A stretch of DNA of 64,000 nucleotides from the human T2T-CHM13v2.0 reference genome, Homo sapiens: assembly GCF_009914755.1 (NCBI RefSeq), contig NC_060942.1; one strand, written 5' to 3'. A program made the translations under genes and the position numbers. The notes beneath the pieces were generated by a model. It saw only the letters and a list, made by a program, of their open reading frames with translations, was not told the DNA's origin and did no database searches. Below, one piece after another: positions 41,283 through 55,378 of the stretch (positions are counted from its first letter, which is position 1; each line of letters begins with the position of its first letter).

Positions 41283-41801
41283 CAGGGGTTGCCAACACCT
41301 GGGACATGGACTGCTACTGGTCTATGGCCTGTTAGGAACAGGGCCACATAGCAGGAGGTGAGTGGAGGTGAATGAGCAAAGCTTCTTCTGTGTTTACAGC
41401 CACTCCCTGTAACTTGCATTACCGCCCAAGCTCCACCTCCTGTCTGATTGGCAGCGGCATTAGATTCTCATAGGATCATGAACCCTATTGTGAACTATGC
41501 ATTTGAGGGATCTAAGTGTGTACTCCTTATGATAATCTAATGCCTGATGATCTGTCACTGTCTCCCATCACCCCCCAGATGGGACCATCTAGTTGCAGAA
41601 CAAGCTGAGGGCTCCTACTGATTCTACATTATGGTGAGTTGTATAATTATTTCATTATCTAGTGCAATGTAATAATAATCGAAACAAAGTGCACAATAAA
41701 TGTAATGGACTTGAGTCATCCCAAAACCACCCCCCAACCAACATGGAAAAATTGTCTTCCACAAAACCAGTCCATGGTGCCAAAAATTTCGGGGACCGCT
41801 A
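41283..41801 (+). mobile_element. MER1A (hAT-Charlie)
   Basis: CAGGGGTTGCCAAC ... GGGGACCGCTA ends; ggcattagattctcatagg and gataatctaatgcctgatgatctg core; ~520 bp. Confidence 0.92.
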
Positions 41802-42695
41802 CTCTTTGATCTATTTCTAGTCTCAGTTCTGTTTCTTTGATCTTTTTTTTTTCCTATTGCTATACCACGTTGTTTAATAGCAGACGTATAGTACTTTCTA
41901 GTATTAGATAAGGCATATCCCTTTCTGTTTTTCAACATTTTCTGCAGGTCTTTTTATTCCATTATAAACACCAGCATCATTTGATTCAATTCAAAAAATC
42001 TTTTCGGGGTTCGAATTAGAAATGCATTATATTTATATGTTAATTCTAGGAGCAGAGACACTAGTTTTTCTCATTTAGGTTCTGTCCCTTTCTTGTTAAA
42101 CTGGAGGGTCTTCAGGAGTGGCTAGACATGAACAGATGTGTATTTTGAAGGCTCCATGCAGTATGAGGATGGAAGATGGATTAGACTGCAGTAAGATGGG
42201 GTGAGCAAGAGAGACCAATGTGTATTTTTTGCCACTATCCAGAAAATGCTGACTTCTGGCTAAGGCAGTGACAGTCAGTTTGGCCAAGAAGGCACTGAAA
42301 GAAGAGTCATTTTATAGATAAAATGAACACTAATTGGTTTTCATAAACAGTTTTATTGAAGCATTGATATAAAAAAACTGCACATGTTTAATGTATACAA
42401 TTTGGTGAATTTGCAATAACATGAGTTTGTAACAGAACTTGTGTGGAAGTTGAAGGATACGGAAGAGTCTAATGTCTCAGGGTCTTGGCTAGATTGCGAC
42501 TGGACTCATATCTGTGCCATTCATGATGAGAAGTCGAAGTGAGGTAAACATTTCTAAGGGTAGAGCAACAACGAGCCCAACACTGGACACATTCATTTTG
42601 AATTGCCTAATAATAGATGGCAATTTGGAAATCTGGAGCTGAGGCAAGAAATCAAAGTTGGAAGTACAAAATGGTATTATGGTGATAGAGCTGAT

Positions 42696-42701
<6 letters not shown>

Positions 42702-42736
<35 letters not shown>
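42702..42736 (+). repeat. (GT)n microsatellite, ~17 units
   Basis: Perfect dinucleotide run. Confidence 0.97.
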
Positions 42737-42737
<1 letters not shown>

Positions 42738-44773
42738 TGGCTCTAAAAAGACTTTGTAAAGTAAGAAAAAAGTTCATCAAAAGAACTCCTTCACATTCTC
42801 TTTAAAAACTCACATTTGACTTCATGAGTGGCAAGGTAGTAGGGGATATTTCTACTTATAAAGAAGCCAGGCTGAGGAGAAATCTTCACTCAGTTTTTCC
42901 AAAATCATTAGAAGAAAGGACTAAAACCCAAGCAGCCTTGGATACTGTGATCTGAAGACCCCAAGCAAGAATGAGGATTTGTTTTATTTATGATGTTGGC
43001 AAAGCCTACTCACTACTTTAGGCAGTTAAGAGAAAAATATATCATCTCTATTACTTAATGGAATAAAGAGTTTCACATTTGAACACATTGACTCACACAC
43101 ATTCAACCTACACAAACACACTGGTTTACTGAAAAGCTCCTCTTTAATTTCTTCATGTTGCTTTTGCTTTTTGGTGAGCTGCCATGTTTATTTCTAATGA
43201 TGAGTTTCTTTAGGGAATGTGTCTCGTCACCTCTAGTGACAATATTATCAGTATAGTCACATAGAGGTCCTGGATAGGGACTGCTTTGTTAAATGACATT
43301 TGGCAACTGCCTGATGAGGTTTAGCCAATTTCCATGCCAGATATTTAGTAACATAATGTATCATGGGTTAGATGCCAATGGTTCTTGGACCATTTCCTCT
43401 CTGTGCTTACATGCTATGGACCCAGGGGGTGACTAACAAAGTGGCACACTTTATTCATCTGTGAATAACAGCATGTGCAAATGAAGACTGGGAATTAGAG
43501 CTCTCCTGCCTCTTCTGGAGAAAAGAGAATGTTGTGGTGGCTCATCCTTAATTCTGTATTGGCCTCTAGGCTTATCCATGTTGATTGTTCCTACGATTCC
43601 ACACAGCAATTTGAATCAAAATGTGAGATCTTTCGTTTTAATCGTTATATGCAGCCAAATTTCAAATAGACATCCAGTGTGAAAACAAGAGACATTTTGC
43701 CTTTAACTAGTTACGTTGACTTAAGACAGTTAAAATCCTTACTCCAAACTCAGTCTCTTTTATTAATTATTTAAAAAACCCTTAAGATGTTATATTTAAT
43801 ATTGAATCTCTTGCATAATCAATACTATAAGCCATGCTTCTTATTCATTCACTTATTTAACAAGTTTTCATTAGGGATATGCTTGGTATAATCATCAGGC
43901 TAGGTATGGTGATTATACCTACCTTGTATATTGCATTGCATGCTGTCCTTCATGGTTTCATCTGTTTCCTCCTTTCTTTGTACAACTTTCCCTTTGCCAT
44001 CTGGAAGAATAATATCAATTTGCTTCAGAATTTAATTCGGTGCTCCTTTCACACATTTCTTACTCCATGACTGTGTTTACATGCACTTTCAAATCCACTG
44101 TATTTTCAGAATGTTTTTAAAGCCATAGATCAATTGCCATGCCTATACTTCTTTTTTTTTTTAAATCTTCACCAATCCTTTTTTGGTTCATTTGGCAAAG
44201 GCCATCTCATATTTCTGTCCTGAATTTAATTAAATTGAGCAGACATTAGCTTTGAAATTTCATTTTCTAAAGCACTAAAGGAAATAAATGTTTTTAGAGT
44301 CAAGTAAATAGTTAGAGTGATCAAAATTTTCCTGTTACTAAGGTCATCATTCAATACAGGGATGCCCATTCTCTTCAAAGATGCTCTTGATGTACCTTCT
44401 AAATGGAAGCTCAGCAACCATGGCGTGCTGCCTTGGTGAAGGGGCTGTAGAGGCAGAGTGGCTGCACCAAGGGTAGAGATGAATTTGGCCTGGTTTTCCC
44501 AAAAGGAAACAGACCACAAAGCTTCTGCAAAGGAAAGGGACAGAGGTATTGCCATGGTCATGAACCTTAGTTTCATTCTATGATGCAGTATGATAGTCTT
44601 TACTCTTTCACTGTGAATTTTGTCACAGGTAGTCCTATCTTCCAAGCACATAACTCTGCGAGGCACTATCTTAGGTGTTATAGATACACACGAATAAGAA
44701 GGATTCTTTGCCATGAGGATTCACATTCTAGCAGAGGACAGAGAGACATAAAGCAAGAGACAATCTACTTTCT

Positions 44774-45075
44774 TTTTTTTTTTTTTCTTTTGAGACAGAG
44801 TCTCACTCTGTCACCCAGGCTGGAGTGCAGTGGCATCATCTCGGCTCACTGCAACCTCTGCCTTCCAGGTTCAAGCAATTCTCTGCCTCAGCCTCCCGAG
44901 TAGCTGGGATTACAGGCACCTGCCACCAGACCCGGCTAATTTTTGTATTTTAGTAGAGATGGGGTTTCATTATCTTCACCAAGGCCAGGCTGGTCTTGGA
45001 CTCCTGACCTCATGATCCACCCGCCTCGGCCTCCCGAAGTGCTAGGATTACAGGCATGAGACATCGCGCCCGGCT
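44774..45075 (-). mobile_element. AluSg-like
   Basis: Reverse Alu with GACCTCATGATCC; 17-bp TSD GAGACAATCTACTTTCT at 44757 and 45076. Confidence 0.95.
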
Positions 45076-45374
45076 GAGACAATCTACTTTCTACCACCAG
45101 AATAGGTTAGTTAATTTAACTAAATACAACTTCTATTTTTTTTCCTATTATTGTCTTCAAATAATAACCAGAGACGCCTTCAAGAAACTATGCAACTGAA
45201 TAGCTAACACACACGGCATCCCTGCCAATTTGTACTCTCAACCAGCATTCTACTCTACCTCCTCCAACAAGTGATGGTAAGAGACAAAAAATCATGTATT
45301 ACTATTCAGAAACAATTATAACCCTAGAAGGCTTGATTTTAATGTTGGGAAAATTTTCCAAAAATATTAGCATG

Positions 45375-45620
45375 TTAATAGGTAACTTATATTGAGTATC
45401 TATTCTGTGCCAGTCACTGAACCAAGCACTTTTGATGTGTAATCTCAATAATCCTTCCAACAACTTAAAGAAGGTACTATTATTTTTCCATTTTATAGGT
45501 AAGAAAACAGAAGCTCATAGAGATAAAGTAACTGACTCAGGTTACATGGTTTTCAGGGTAGAACCAGAATCCAAACACAGAGCATTTGACAGGCTTTGAA
45601 GCCAGTTCTCCTGACTACTG
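45375..45620 (-). mobile_element. MIR, near full length
   Basis: tattgagtatctattctgtgccag ... ccattttataggtaagaaaacagaagctcatagagataaagtaact. Confidence 0.85.
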
Positions 45621-47872
45621 TTAAGAGAGCTTAACCTCTAGAATATCCTCATCCTCATTAAAAACTGGCAGTAAAAATGTAAGCAACTGATGATTGATGC
45701 TTATTGCATTTTAGAGAGATAGCTAAGTCTTTCATAAACACATTCCTTTTAATTCCCTTTACAATCCAGAGAGGTCAAGACTGTTCATTTTCACTTTTGT
45801 TTCTATTCTGTAATAAAGAAACACTGTTCAACAATTGTTTAAGCCAGTAAAATAGCATCTTTTCTTTTTTCTTGGTCATTCTCTATCCCATTATCCTGCT
45901 TTGTTTTCTTTACAGAACTTTCCTGTATCTGAAGTAGCTGATGTTTATTTGTATATTCTCAGCCTCCCCTCACGGGATCAGAGGCTGCTTGTGTTTTGTT
46001 CACTGCTGCATCCCCTGAGCCCTGAGCCTAGAACTATACCTTAAAAATGCTTGGCACCTAATTAATATCTGCTCAGTGGATGAATGAATAAACACAAAAA
46101 AAGCCTGTGTGCTGTCGGGAGCTATCAGTCACTGCTTTTGCATCCTGGGAGGAACTTGGCCTCTGTCCTTCCTACTGCTTCCTCAGAGAGCCTGACCTCA
46201 GAACAGGTGTTCAGCTTCTCATCCAGGCACAACTTGGGACTGTGTCTCCCCTTCTTTGGCGTGGCATCTTCCTAGAGGCCATGACCACAGCATCAACATA
46301 AAACAGCTCTGAAATCGTGTAAGGCCCAGAAACAATGTCTGGCAAATCCTCAAGCTCCCATTAGCTAAATGATAGAATGGAGCAGCTGCGCTTCAGACCT
46401 TATTCTTAAATCTGGAATTGATGCCAAATTAACAATATTCCAGCCATTACTCTTCCAGAAAACAGGGTAGATTTCTTGGCCTAAGTTTTGTCCTCTTGGC
46501 ATCATATTGCCAAGGAAAATGTGTCCAGAGATTTGTCTCCAAAAGCCTGCTGCCTCAGGCTACAAACCGGTCATTTCATCATGCGGAAACTCTTCCTATT
46601 TCTGTCAATTGTCATGTTTTGCCTCCTGGCCTTCAGGATGCCACTAATGTATATGTACCAAATGGAGTCTGACCCCAGAATAAATATCTGCTGCAGTGAA
46701 TTGAATCTGACATATGATGTTTCCTGCAATCTAACTTTGTCTATCTCTTCATCAACTTCTATATCCCTCTCCCATGAAACTACTTGTAATTTCCTCCACA
46801 TCTATGCTGCCTCAACTCAGAGCTCTTGCTCATGCTGCTGCCTCTTCCTGAAATGCTCATGAAACTCCCCTCTTTGTCACCTAGCCAATTTCTAATATTC
46901 CCCAATCTCTTGCCAATGCACCGGTCACTCATATCAGCTCATGGTCAGCCTCGGCACAGTCATTCAACATCATCCACCTACTGGGCGTCTAGGTGCCTTG
47001 CAGTGCACCAGGCACCAGGAAGTGTGGTGATGTCATAAGATAATCATGGGAAAATTATAAGACTTGCTGCCATCTCCACCAAAAATCTCTTGTGGAAAAG
47101 ATGCTGGAGTTGTACAAAAATCAGAATGTGTAGAATCTGCAAATTCCTGTGTATAAATCCTATTTGTTTGCAAATTAAATTGAATTTGCTTGGCGGTGTT
47201 TTTTGTTGTTGTTGTTGTTTTTTAAGAAAATGTCATAGAAAGTAGCCTGTTAGTGTTTCTGATGAGGAAAGAAATTTGCCCATAATCCTGGAAATGGTCT
47301 CCTGCTCAGGCAGGCAAAGCCTGGCTAGAGGCAGAGATGCCTTCCATCCCTTCCGCACACTTTTCTATTCCACCCCAACTACCAAGTAAACCAAACCTTT
47401 TCTGAGGCCTCAATAAAATCAAGCCTCTGACCTTCAGGCAGAAAGCAGGAGCAGCCTGATTCATATTGAGTATTACTGAGCCCTGCGTTGTGTAGGCAAC
47501 AGGGATCAGTAAAGCCCAACTGGCTGGGGGTTTCCTGAAACCTCCATCTCTTGTGGTTGAATGAATCATAATAAGGACAATCCAGAAGAGAGTAGTCATC
47601 ACTCATTTTAGGAGATTGCAAAACCAGCAGTGCGTAAAACAGACAACTTCTTTATCCTCACAGAGGATAGATTCTAGTGGGTGCTGCCATGATACCCTGT
47701 GCAGATTTCTGTGTGGGCCATGTCAACAATGTTCTGCAGTTGTTGGTTTGTGTGTCTGCCTCTTGGACTGTGAACACCTCTGGAGTCTTATTCAAGTTTA
47801 TGACCAAAATGCCTAGACTATCTCCAGCACCATGTCAGTCACACAGTGAAGGTTTGATGAATGAATAAATCT

Positions 47873-48156
47873 CGGGCCTGGCATGGTCAGGCATGCCCGT
47901 AATCCCAGCACTTTGGGAGGCCAAGGCTGGTGAATCACTTGAGAATAGCCTGGACAACACGGCGAAACACCGTCTCTACTAAAAATACAAAAATTAGCTG
48001 GGTGTGGTGGCACACACTGGTAGTCTCAGCTACTCGGGAGGTTGAGGCAGGAGAATCACCTGAGCCTGGGAGGCAGAGGTTGCAGTGAGCCAAGATGGCA
48101 CCACTGTCTTGGGCCTGGGTGACAAAACAAGTCTTGGTCTCAAAAAAAAATTAAAA
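47873..48156 (+). mobile_element. Alu (J/S) with a ~14-bp left-arm deletion
   Basis: Dimer with A tail; TSD AATGAATAAATCT/AATAAATAAATCT. Confidence 0.92.
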
Positions 48157-49941
48157 TAATAAATAAATCTGACCACAATAACATAGATCACACATAAAAA
48201 TATGGTGCTTAGAAGCATGCTTTATTTGTATACATTCTGGGAAATGTGAGAGAAATCCTCAAATTTACAATAACTTTTTAATAAAATGCATGAAATGTTA
48301 CAGGATTGAAGAATTTGAATTTTGGTCTGTTTAAGCAAAGAAGGGCATCAAGAATGGTAAATAATTAACAGTGAGTGAGAAGGAAGAGAAAGTACTTGGG
48401 CAGGACAGAGAACTTGCAGTTCTCTTAGATCTCTTGGGTACAGGGATGGGTGCAGGTAGTGAATGAGAAAATGTTACTAGAAATGCATTGACTTGAAAAC
48501 TGATCCTTAGAGGGTTAGAAATGGGTGCAGTATTTCTGCAGCCCAGTGTGCATGCAAACTCCACCTGAGCTCTAGCTGCGCTTAAATTCAGTGGAGAGTT
48601 TTAGAGTACAAACTGGAAGGGTTTGAGAGAGATGTGTGGAGCAGCATGGAAATGATTTACCTTTTGTTTTAAGTAATCAGAGAAGAGAACTGCAAATGCA
48701 GTTTGTGTACTCAGGAAGTAAATTATCTGTACTCTCAGCTGCAGTTCTTTAGGGTGACTGTATTTAACATTAGCTGTAAACTTTGTTTACTACTTGTCTT
48801 AATTTTCCATTTTATCTTCTGAAACATAGATTTAAGTTGCAAAGTGTATTTTCTTATTTCCTTTATGCTGTAATAAAAAACAAGTTTCTTCATGAATTTA
48901 ATTAAAATTAACTAGTTTTAAAGTACTTCTTCGGACATAATAGAGTGGCATCCTCTCTCCCCCCCACCCCTTCTTTTTTATTTCTCTTCTTCCTTTGCTC
49001 TTAATTTAGCTCTTACTTTCACTAATTGTCTCCGGCAAAAATATAAGGAAGCAATATTGTCAGGCAATGAAAACTTTTAAAAAGTCAACTTGCTAGAGAA
49101 CTCAACGTACAAGTGAAGTTACAAGGAACAATTTACAGCTTTTCATAATTATACATGTATGTGTAGTTTTTCTTTCAAAAATCTTCAGCCTAATGTTGAC
49201 CTGGCAATTTCCTTCTTACCAATAAGTCATGTCTCCTTTCTCGACACACCTCATAAATAATATAATCGCCATTTCTTTCTCTAAGGTGCTCCAGGGTTAG
49301 CATTTGGGCATTTTGCCCTTAAAGCCATATTTATCATCTTTTCTCCAAAATGGCTACCTTGCCTGAATCCCAATTTCTCTTTCTCCAAATCCTCCACTGT
49401 TTCTCCACGTCCTTCAGCATAAGAATCTGACTCCTTAGCTGGAAGAGCATGGCATGAATGAAGGCAACTGATCTTTGAGTCACAAAGTTCTGCATTCAAA
49501 TCTGCCTCTGACACTTGGGTTAATTAATTAGCCCTGTGAACCTGTAAAGGGAGATAACAATACCTGCAGACAACTTTTGATGAAACCAACTAACACAGGC
49601 CTTTGAATCTCTTCGCTGAGCCCATTTGTACTGAGCTTCTGCTTTGTGCCAGACAATTTGCTTGGTTCTAGGGATGAATGATTCTGTCCTCCTGGAGTAT
49701 AGCATTTAGTAAATGCTCAGTAAATTGAAGCCATAAATGATTACTATTTTCTGTTTATGGCCATCTTCTGCTTTAACCCAGTTTTCTGCCCTCATTTCCT
49801 TCCTTTCCATTCTTCTTCCAATAAAAATGATCTGTGCAGGGTCTTTAAAGGCATCCTGCACTTCTTGCCTCTCTGCTTTGTTCAGCCTAGCTTCTACTAA
49901 CCTAGAATCTCTTTCTCTTTACTTTCTATACAGTTAAGTCC

Positions 49942-50234
49942 TTTTTTTTTTTTTCTTAGACAGAGTCTTACTCTGTCACCAGGCTGGAGCACAGTGGCGT
50001 GATCTCAGCTCACTGCAATTTGCACCCCCAGGTTCAAGCAATTCTTCTGCCTCAGCCTCCTGAGTAGCTGGGACTACAGGTGCGCACCACCACACCCAGC
50101 TAATTTTTGTATTTTTAGTAAAGACAGAGTTTCACCATGTTGGCCAGGATGGTCTCAATCTCTTGAACTCATGATCTGTCTGCCTTGGCCTCCCAAAGTG
50201 CTAGGATTACAGGCATGAGCCACCGTACCCGGCG
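49942..50234 (-). mobile_element. AluSc
   Basis: GTCACCAGGCT and CCAGGATGGTCTCAATCTCTTGA diagnostics; TSD CAGTTAAGTCCTTT. Confidence 0.95.
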
Positions 50235-50824
50235 CAGTTAAGTCCTTTCACACTTCAAGAATTAGTTGGCTCCAATTATGTCATTCTAGATTGTTTTAAA
50301 TAGCAGTTATTTCTTCATCTTCAAAATTTTGTAGCTGTGGTCCTCACCATTGAGCAATATAAGAATCAACCAGAGAGCTTATTGATGGTGCCATTCCCAG
50401 GTCCCATTTCCACATATTACATTATATTGCAGCCTACTTAGTGTTGAGATCAAAAGTATAGGTTTTGGAAAAAATACGAAGTCACTTCCATAGCAGAACA
50501 CAATTTCTATTATCCCATTGAGAATCCCACATCCAGAGACTCGGAGGGAGTTGGACAAATCCCCAAGACTGCTCGGTGGGACACAACACAGACAGAATCC
50601 CAAGATTAATGCCTCATGTTACTAGGACATGACCAAACTCAAGTGCAGCACAGCCAGGGAGGAATCTACACAGCAACGTACAAAGGTCCAGGATGTGAAA
50701 GCTATTCCTTCAGTTGGAAAAAATAGGTCAGTGGGCTTCAGAGTGCAATTCTTCAGACCAGTGATATCAGCATCAATGGGAATTTGTTAGAAATGTACAT
50801 TATTGGGTCCCACCTAAGACCTAT

Positions 50825-51854
50825 TGCATTAATTTTCTAGGGCTTCCGTAATGAAATACTACAGATGGGTGACTTAAACAGCAGATATTTACTTTGTCAT
50901 AGTTCTGGAGGCTGGAAATCCAAGGCAAGATGGCAGCAGGGTTAGTTTCTTCTGAGGCCTCTCCCCTTGGCTGTCCCCTCTCCTGACAGCTTCCCCCTCA
51001 CCCTCTCTACCGTCTCCTGACTGCTTCTCCCTCACCATGTCCCCCCTCTCCTGACGGCTTCCTCCTCACCGTGTCTCCCCTCTCCTGAGGGCTTCCCCCT
51101 CACCGTGTCTCCCTTCTCCTGACTGCTTCCCCATCACCGTGTCTCCCCTCTCCTGACAGCTTCTCCCTCACCGCGTCTCCGCCCGTCCTGACAGCTTCCC
51201 CATCACCCTGTCTTCCCTCTCCTGACGGCTTCCCCCTCACCCTGTCTCCCCTTTGCTGACTGCTTCCCCCTCACCGTGTCTCCCCTCTCCTGACTGCTTC
51301 CCCCTCACCGTGTCTCCCCTCTCCAGACAACTTCCCCCTCACTATGTCTCCGCTGTCCTGATGGCTTCGCCCTCACCGTGTCTTCCGCATCCTGACAGTG
51401 TCTCCCCCAACCTGAAGGCTTCGCCCTCACCGTGTCTCCCCTCTCCTGATGGTCTCCCCCTCACTGTGTCTCCCCCGTGCTGACTGCTTCCCCCTCACCC
51501 TGTCTCCCCTCTCCTGATGGCTTCCCCCTCACCGTGTCTTCCCTGTCCTGACAGCTTCCCCCTCACTGTGTCTCCCCCATCCTGATGGTTTCGCCCTCAC
51601 CGTGTCTCCCCTTTCTTGATGGCTTCCCCCTCACTGTGTCCTCGCGTGGCCTTTTCTCTCTGCACTTAAATGTCTGTTTCCTAAACTCCTTTTCCAGTAA
51701 GGACACCATTCGTATTGGATTAGAGCCAACCCACATGACCTCATATAACTACCTCTTTAAAGGTCCTGTCTCCAAATATGGTCATATTCTGAGATATTGG
51801 CAGTTAGGATTTCAACATACAGATTTGGGGGAGGTGGGACATAAGCCCATAACA
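50825..51854 (-). mobile_element. MaLR LTR MLT1A-like containing a VNTR
   Basis: agttctggaggctggaaatccaag, taaggacacca ... attggatt, agcccataaca; TSD CCTAT/CCTAC. Confidence 0.88.
50972..51640 (+). repeat. 34-bp minisatellite (VNTR), ~20 copies
   Basis: Unit TCCCCTCTCCTGACGGCTTCCCCCTCACCGTGTC with variants; one internally deleted unit near 51395. Confidence 0.96.
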
Positions 51855-54028
51855 CCTACCCAATCAGAAACTATGGAGAAGGTTCAGTGATCTGTTTCAA
51901 CAAATTCTCCAGGTGATTCTGCTGAACACTGAGGTTTGCAAACCACTGGATAAACCACCTGGGAGGTTGGATAATGCTGAGCTTTGTACTGGGAGTAGCA
52001 TATAGGCTAACAGCTCATTAGTAGTGTTCTACATAGCCTTATATTCACACCCATGGTTATACCAATGCCTGCGGGTCTGGGAGAAGTACTCAAATTATTA
52101 GGATCATGCTGGGCATGCACAGTGTGGGTCTCTTCCACCCACTGGGTGAGGCTAAGCTGGTTTCACCTTAGCTGCCCTGCATTATCTCTGACCTCTAAGG
52201 CCCAGTGACAGCCCAACTGGCCAGCTAGCTGTGGCTCCCTCCTACTCACCAAGCAGGAAGCAGAAATACTCAGCCACTCCATGCTGCTACCTGATTGAAA
52301 GTATCACAATGCAGTCTTTGTCTCTAACATTAGTATAGAAGGCCAAACTACCTGTCCACTGGCCTTTCTGCTTGGGTTCTTAGTGTCGGTTTTCTCTGAC
52401 AACTGGAAGAGAATAGAGGGCAGTGGGTGAGGAGAATGGAGCCTATCTCTGACCTTCATGCTTAGTTCAGCCAGCTTTCATTCTCGGCAGGCCCCTGAAT
52501 TTGACCACACTTTATTAGTATTAGCCATGATTCAAGGTCCAGAGAGCTTGCCTAACACTATAAATCCTTTCTTCCACAAAGTCTTGGTTGCATCTAGTCC
52601 TGCCTGTCTATTTGAATATCTAATAACTTGATACTTGCACAGACTGGTCTTGAATTTGCTTCTTAAACTTTCAATTTGTGATACTAGATTTGGGCTTTTC
52701 CTTTTGCAGCTTGCATCCATTTTGGTTCTAGCTCCATCCCACATACCTTTTTCTGCAGGAGTTCCCAGTATGCTGTCCACAGGCACCATGTTACTACATT
52801 TATAGCATTGCATATAACACATGGTAGCTGACAAACTTCTTTGCTGGTTAAGCAGTAGCTATATAACCAATGAGCAAACATTATAATCAAGTGGCTGTGA
52901 TATCTATTTAGGATCAAAAGGGGCTACTGATAGGACTACTCTGAAATGTTACATTTTTCTCAGGGAAATTTTTTTCACACCAAAAATTAAATGTTAGATA
53001 CCAATTATACTCATAAAAATAGCACAAGTGCCAATCCTGTACAATAATGTGCCCACTAAGCTTTTAAATAAAATTTTAATGAGTTCAAAAGTTAAATGTT
53101 TTTGAATTTATTAATTATAGGGATATTTTATTCTGAAGTATAAAGAGTAAGGTTTTAGAAAGTTAATGAGAAAAATTATTTACTCTTGGCTATCATGCCT
53201 GGCAATAGTTAACATTCCATTGTGCTCAGGGTAAAGAAATTAATTACTGTTGGAATTCATTATTCTAAAGAATATCCTGCACAATGTGCAGTTGTTATTC
53301 TGACATCCACAAAGTTTATAACAGAATAGTAATATAAAGCCAACCTGATATGTCATTTTCGTGTCCTGTTTACAAAACAAAATGTATTGAAATTTGACTT
53401 CAAGAAGTTACTGAATGTATTTTAGCACAGACTTGGAAAATTTAATCGTAAAGCCAAATAGTATGGTTGCAAATTGTAATGTAAAGAGGAAAAGAAATTT
53501 GAATGTAGGAGATATTTTGGATGGGCCACTATGAAATACTTTTTTTGCAGCAATAACTTAGTGCATTCTACTTACTCTAAGAACCTTCACTTCCTTCTGT
53601 TGTTTCTTCCTATTTCTTTACTTGTATAACACAACAGTAAGGTATAACCTTATTGGCTATTCTGATATATTTGTGTCATTGATGGTCATATAAATATAAT
53701 GGAAATTCCAAGAAAACCTCTACAATGATTTTCAAAATTGTTATTAAGACTGAAGTTGTTCCTTAAATTCGACCATAAAACACAGACTGTTCATACATGT
53801 CCTCAGTATTTTCTGAATTGGAGTGAAGATGACCCTTGTACAATTTTAGAAAATCATGGTAACAAATCAGTAAACAATAGCTGAGGCTACCATTTGTAAC
53901 TGAAAATATACCATGCAGTATTCAACTCAGTTCCATTGAAGATGTAAACATAAAGTATCAGAACCCTGTACAAAAACAGAAAAAAATAGGCATCTGACAC
54001 AATGGTGGGGTCATTATGGATTTCTTAG

Positions 54029-54404
<376 letters not shown>

Positions 54405-54577
54405 TGATGATTATCATTATGTCAATTATTTTGGAGTTTGAAGAATGTATTTTATCACCTCCCCTACTGTGATTTTTATGGCTCTGATAGCCATTTGTAA
54501 GAAGCATTTTAAATGTGGTTACTTAATTAGTAAATATTTTGCTTCAGCTTTAAAATGTTAATTATGAAGCCTATGGC

Positions 54578-54579
<2 letters not shown>

Positions 54580-54604
<25 letters not shown>
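54580..54604 (+). repeat. (TG)n microsatellite
   Basis: About 12 TG units. Confidence 0.95.
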
Positions 54605-54608
<4 letters not shown>

Positions 54609-54689
54609 ATAGCATAATACATAGTGATTATTCTACTTTAGATTTCTTGTTGTCATGTCAGTCTCTTAAAGTTTTAATATTACATATGA

Positions 54690-55120
54690 TTGTAACAAAC
54701 TCTAGCTTAAGGTAAGCGAAAAGGCAATTTATTGTGAGGATGCACGGGTGTCTAATGGAAACCCAGGAAGCTGGACCTCAGAAATGACCAGGAAGCAGAC
54801 ACTTTGCACTTGCTCCTCTCTTGTCCCTGCTTCCCTCTGGGCATAGGCTTCATTCTTCCCTCTCCGTGGAAACCATATTCTTCCACTGCAGTCTTCATGG
54901 TGGAAAATGAATGCCAAACATGTCCCAAGTTTACAGTCACTCCTCAAGAGAGCAGCCAGACTCTGGACTCTCATAATTACATAGGTAGGAGCACATTGGG
55001 CCACTTGGATTGTGCCTGGCCCTGAACACTTGTTTGTGACCAGAGGTAGGGTCAATGTTACCCAAATATGTTTGCTCCCGTATAGAAATATGAGAAAGAA
55101 ATGAGAGGGAGACAGTTTTC
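54690..55120 (-). mobile_element. Old MaLR LTR (MLT1J-N type)
   Basis: gtaacaaactctagcttaag ... aaaaggcaatttattg ... ggcttcattct ... attgggccacttgg. Confidence 0.4.
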
Positions 55121-55378
55121 AAAGACAAGGGTACTGGGAGAGTTATCCATAGGGAGTTCACTATAGTATGCTAATTGGATCACATTACAGAAAGGCATTG
55201 CTAACCTATGGCTGGAGAGTCATGCAATTAATTAAAACAATCAAAGCAGAAGTTAGAGTGACAGGGAATGAAGGAGAGAGGCTGCTTCCGATCCCCAGTT
55301 GTAGATTGAACCAAGGAATCAAATAATATCCAAATTTCAAATTGCCATCATAACTGGCCTTCACCTTTTTGCATTCCA

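Larger units (their letters stand above)
40440..42070 (-). mobile_element. Old L1M fragments, interrupted by an Alu and MER1A
   Basis: T-rich reverse L1 motifs (ttgagagctcttttcta, ccaacactatttacttaataaacc, tataccacgttgtttaat). Confidence 0.5.
50729..51948. mobile_element. MER5A split by an MLT1 insertion (50729-50824 and 51855-51948)
   Basis: CAGTGG ... cagcatca ... ttgttagaaatg ... gggtcccacctaagac on the left; aatcagaaact ... ccaggtgattctg ... aaccactg on the right. Confidence 0.85.

Noticed and set aside
50972-51640. 34-bp repeats as a CRISPR-like array, or Pro/Ser-rich ORFs as coding
   Set aside because: Units are head-to-tail with no unique spacers, in primate DNA; the ORFs are translations of the VNTR.
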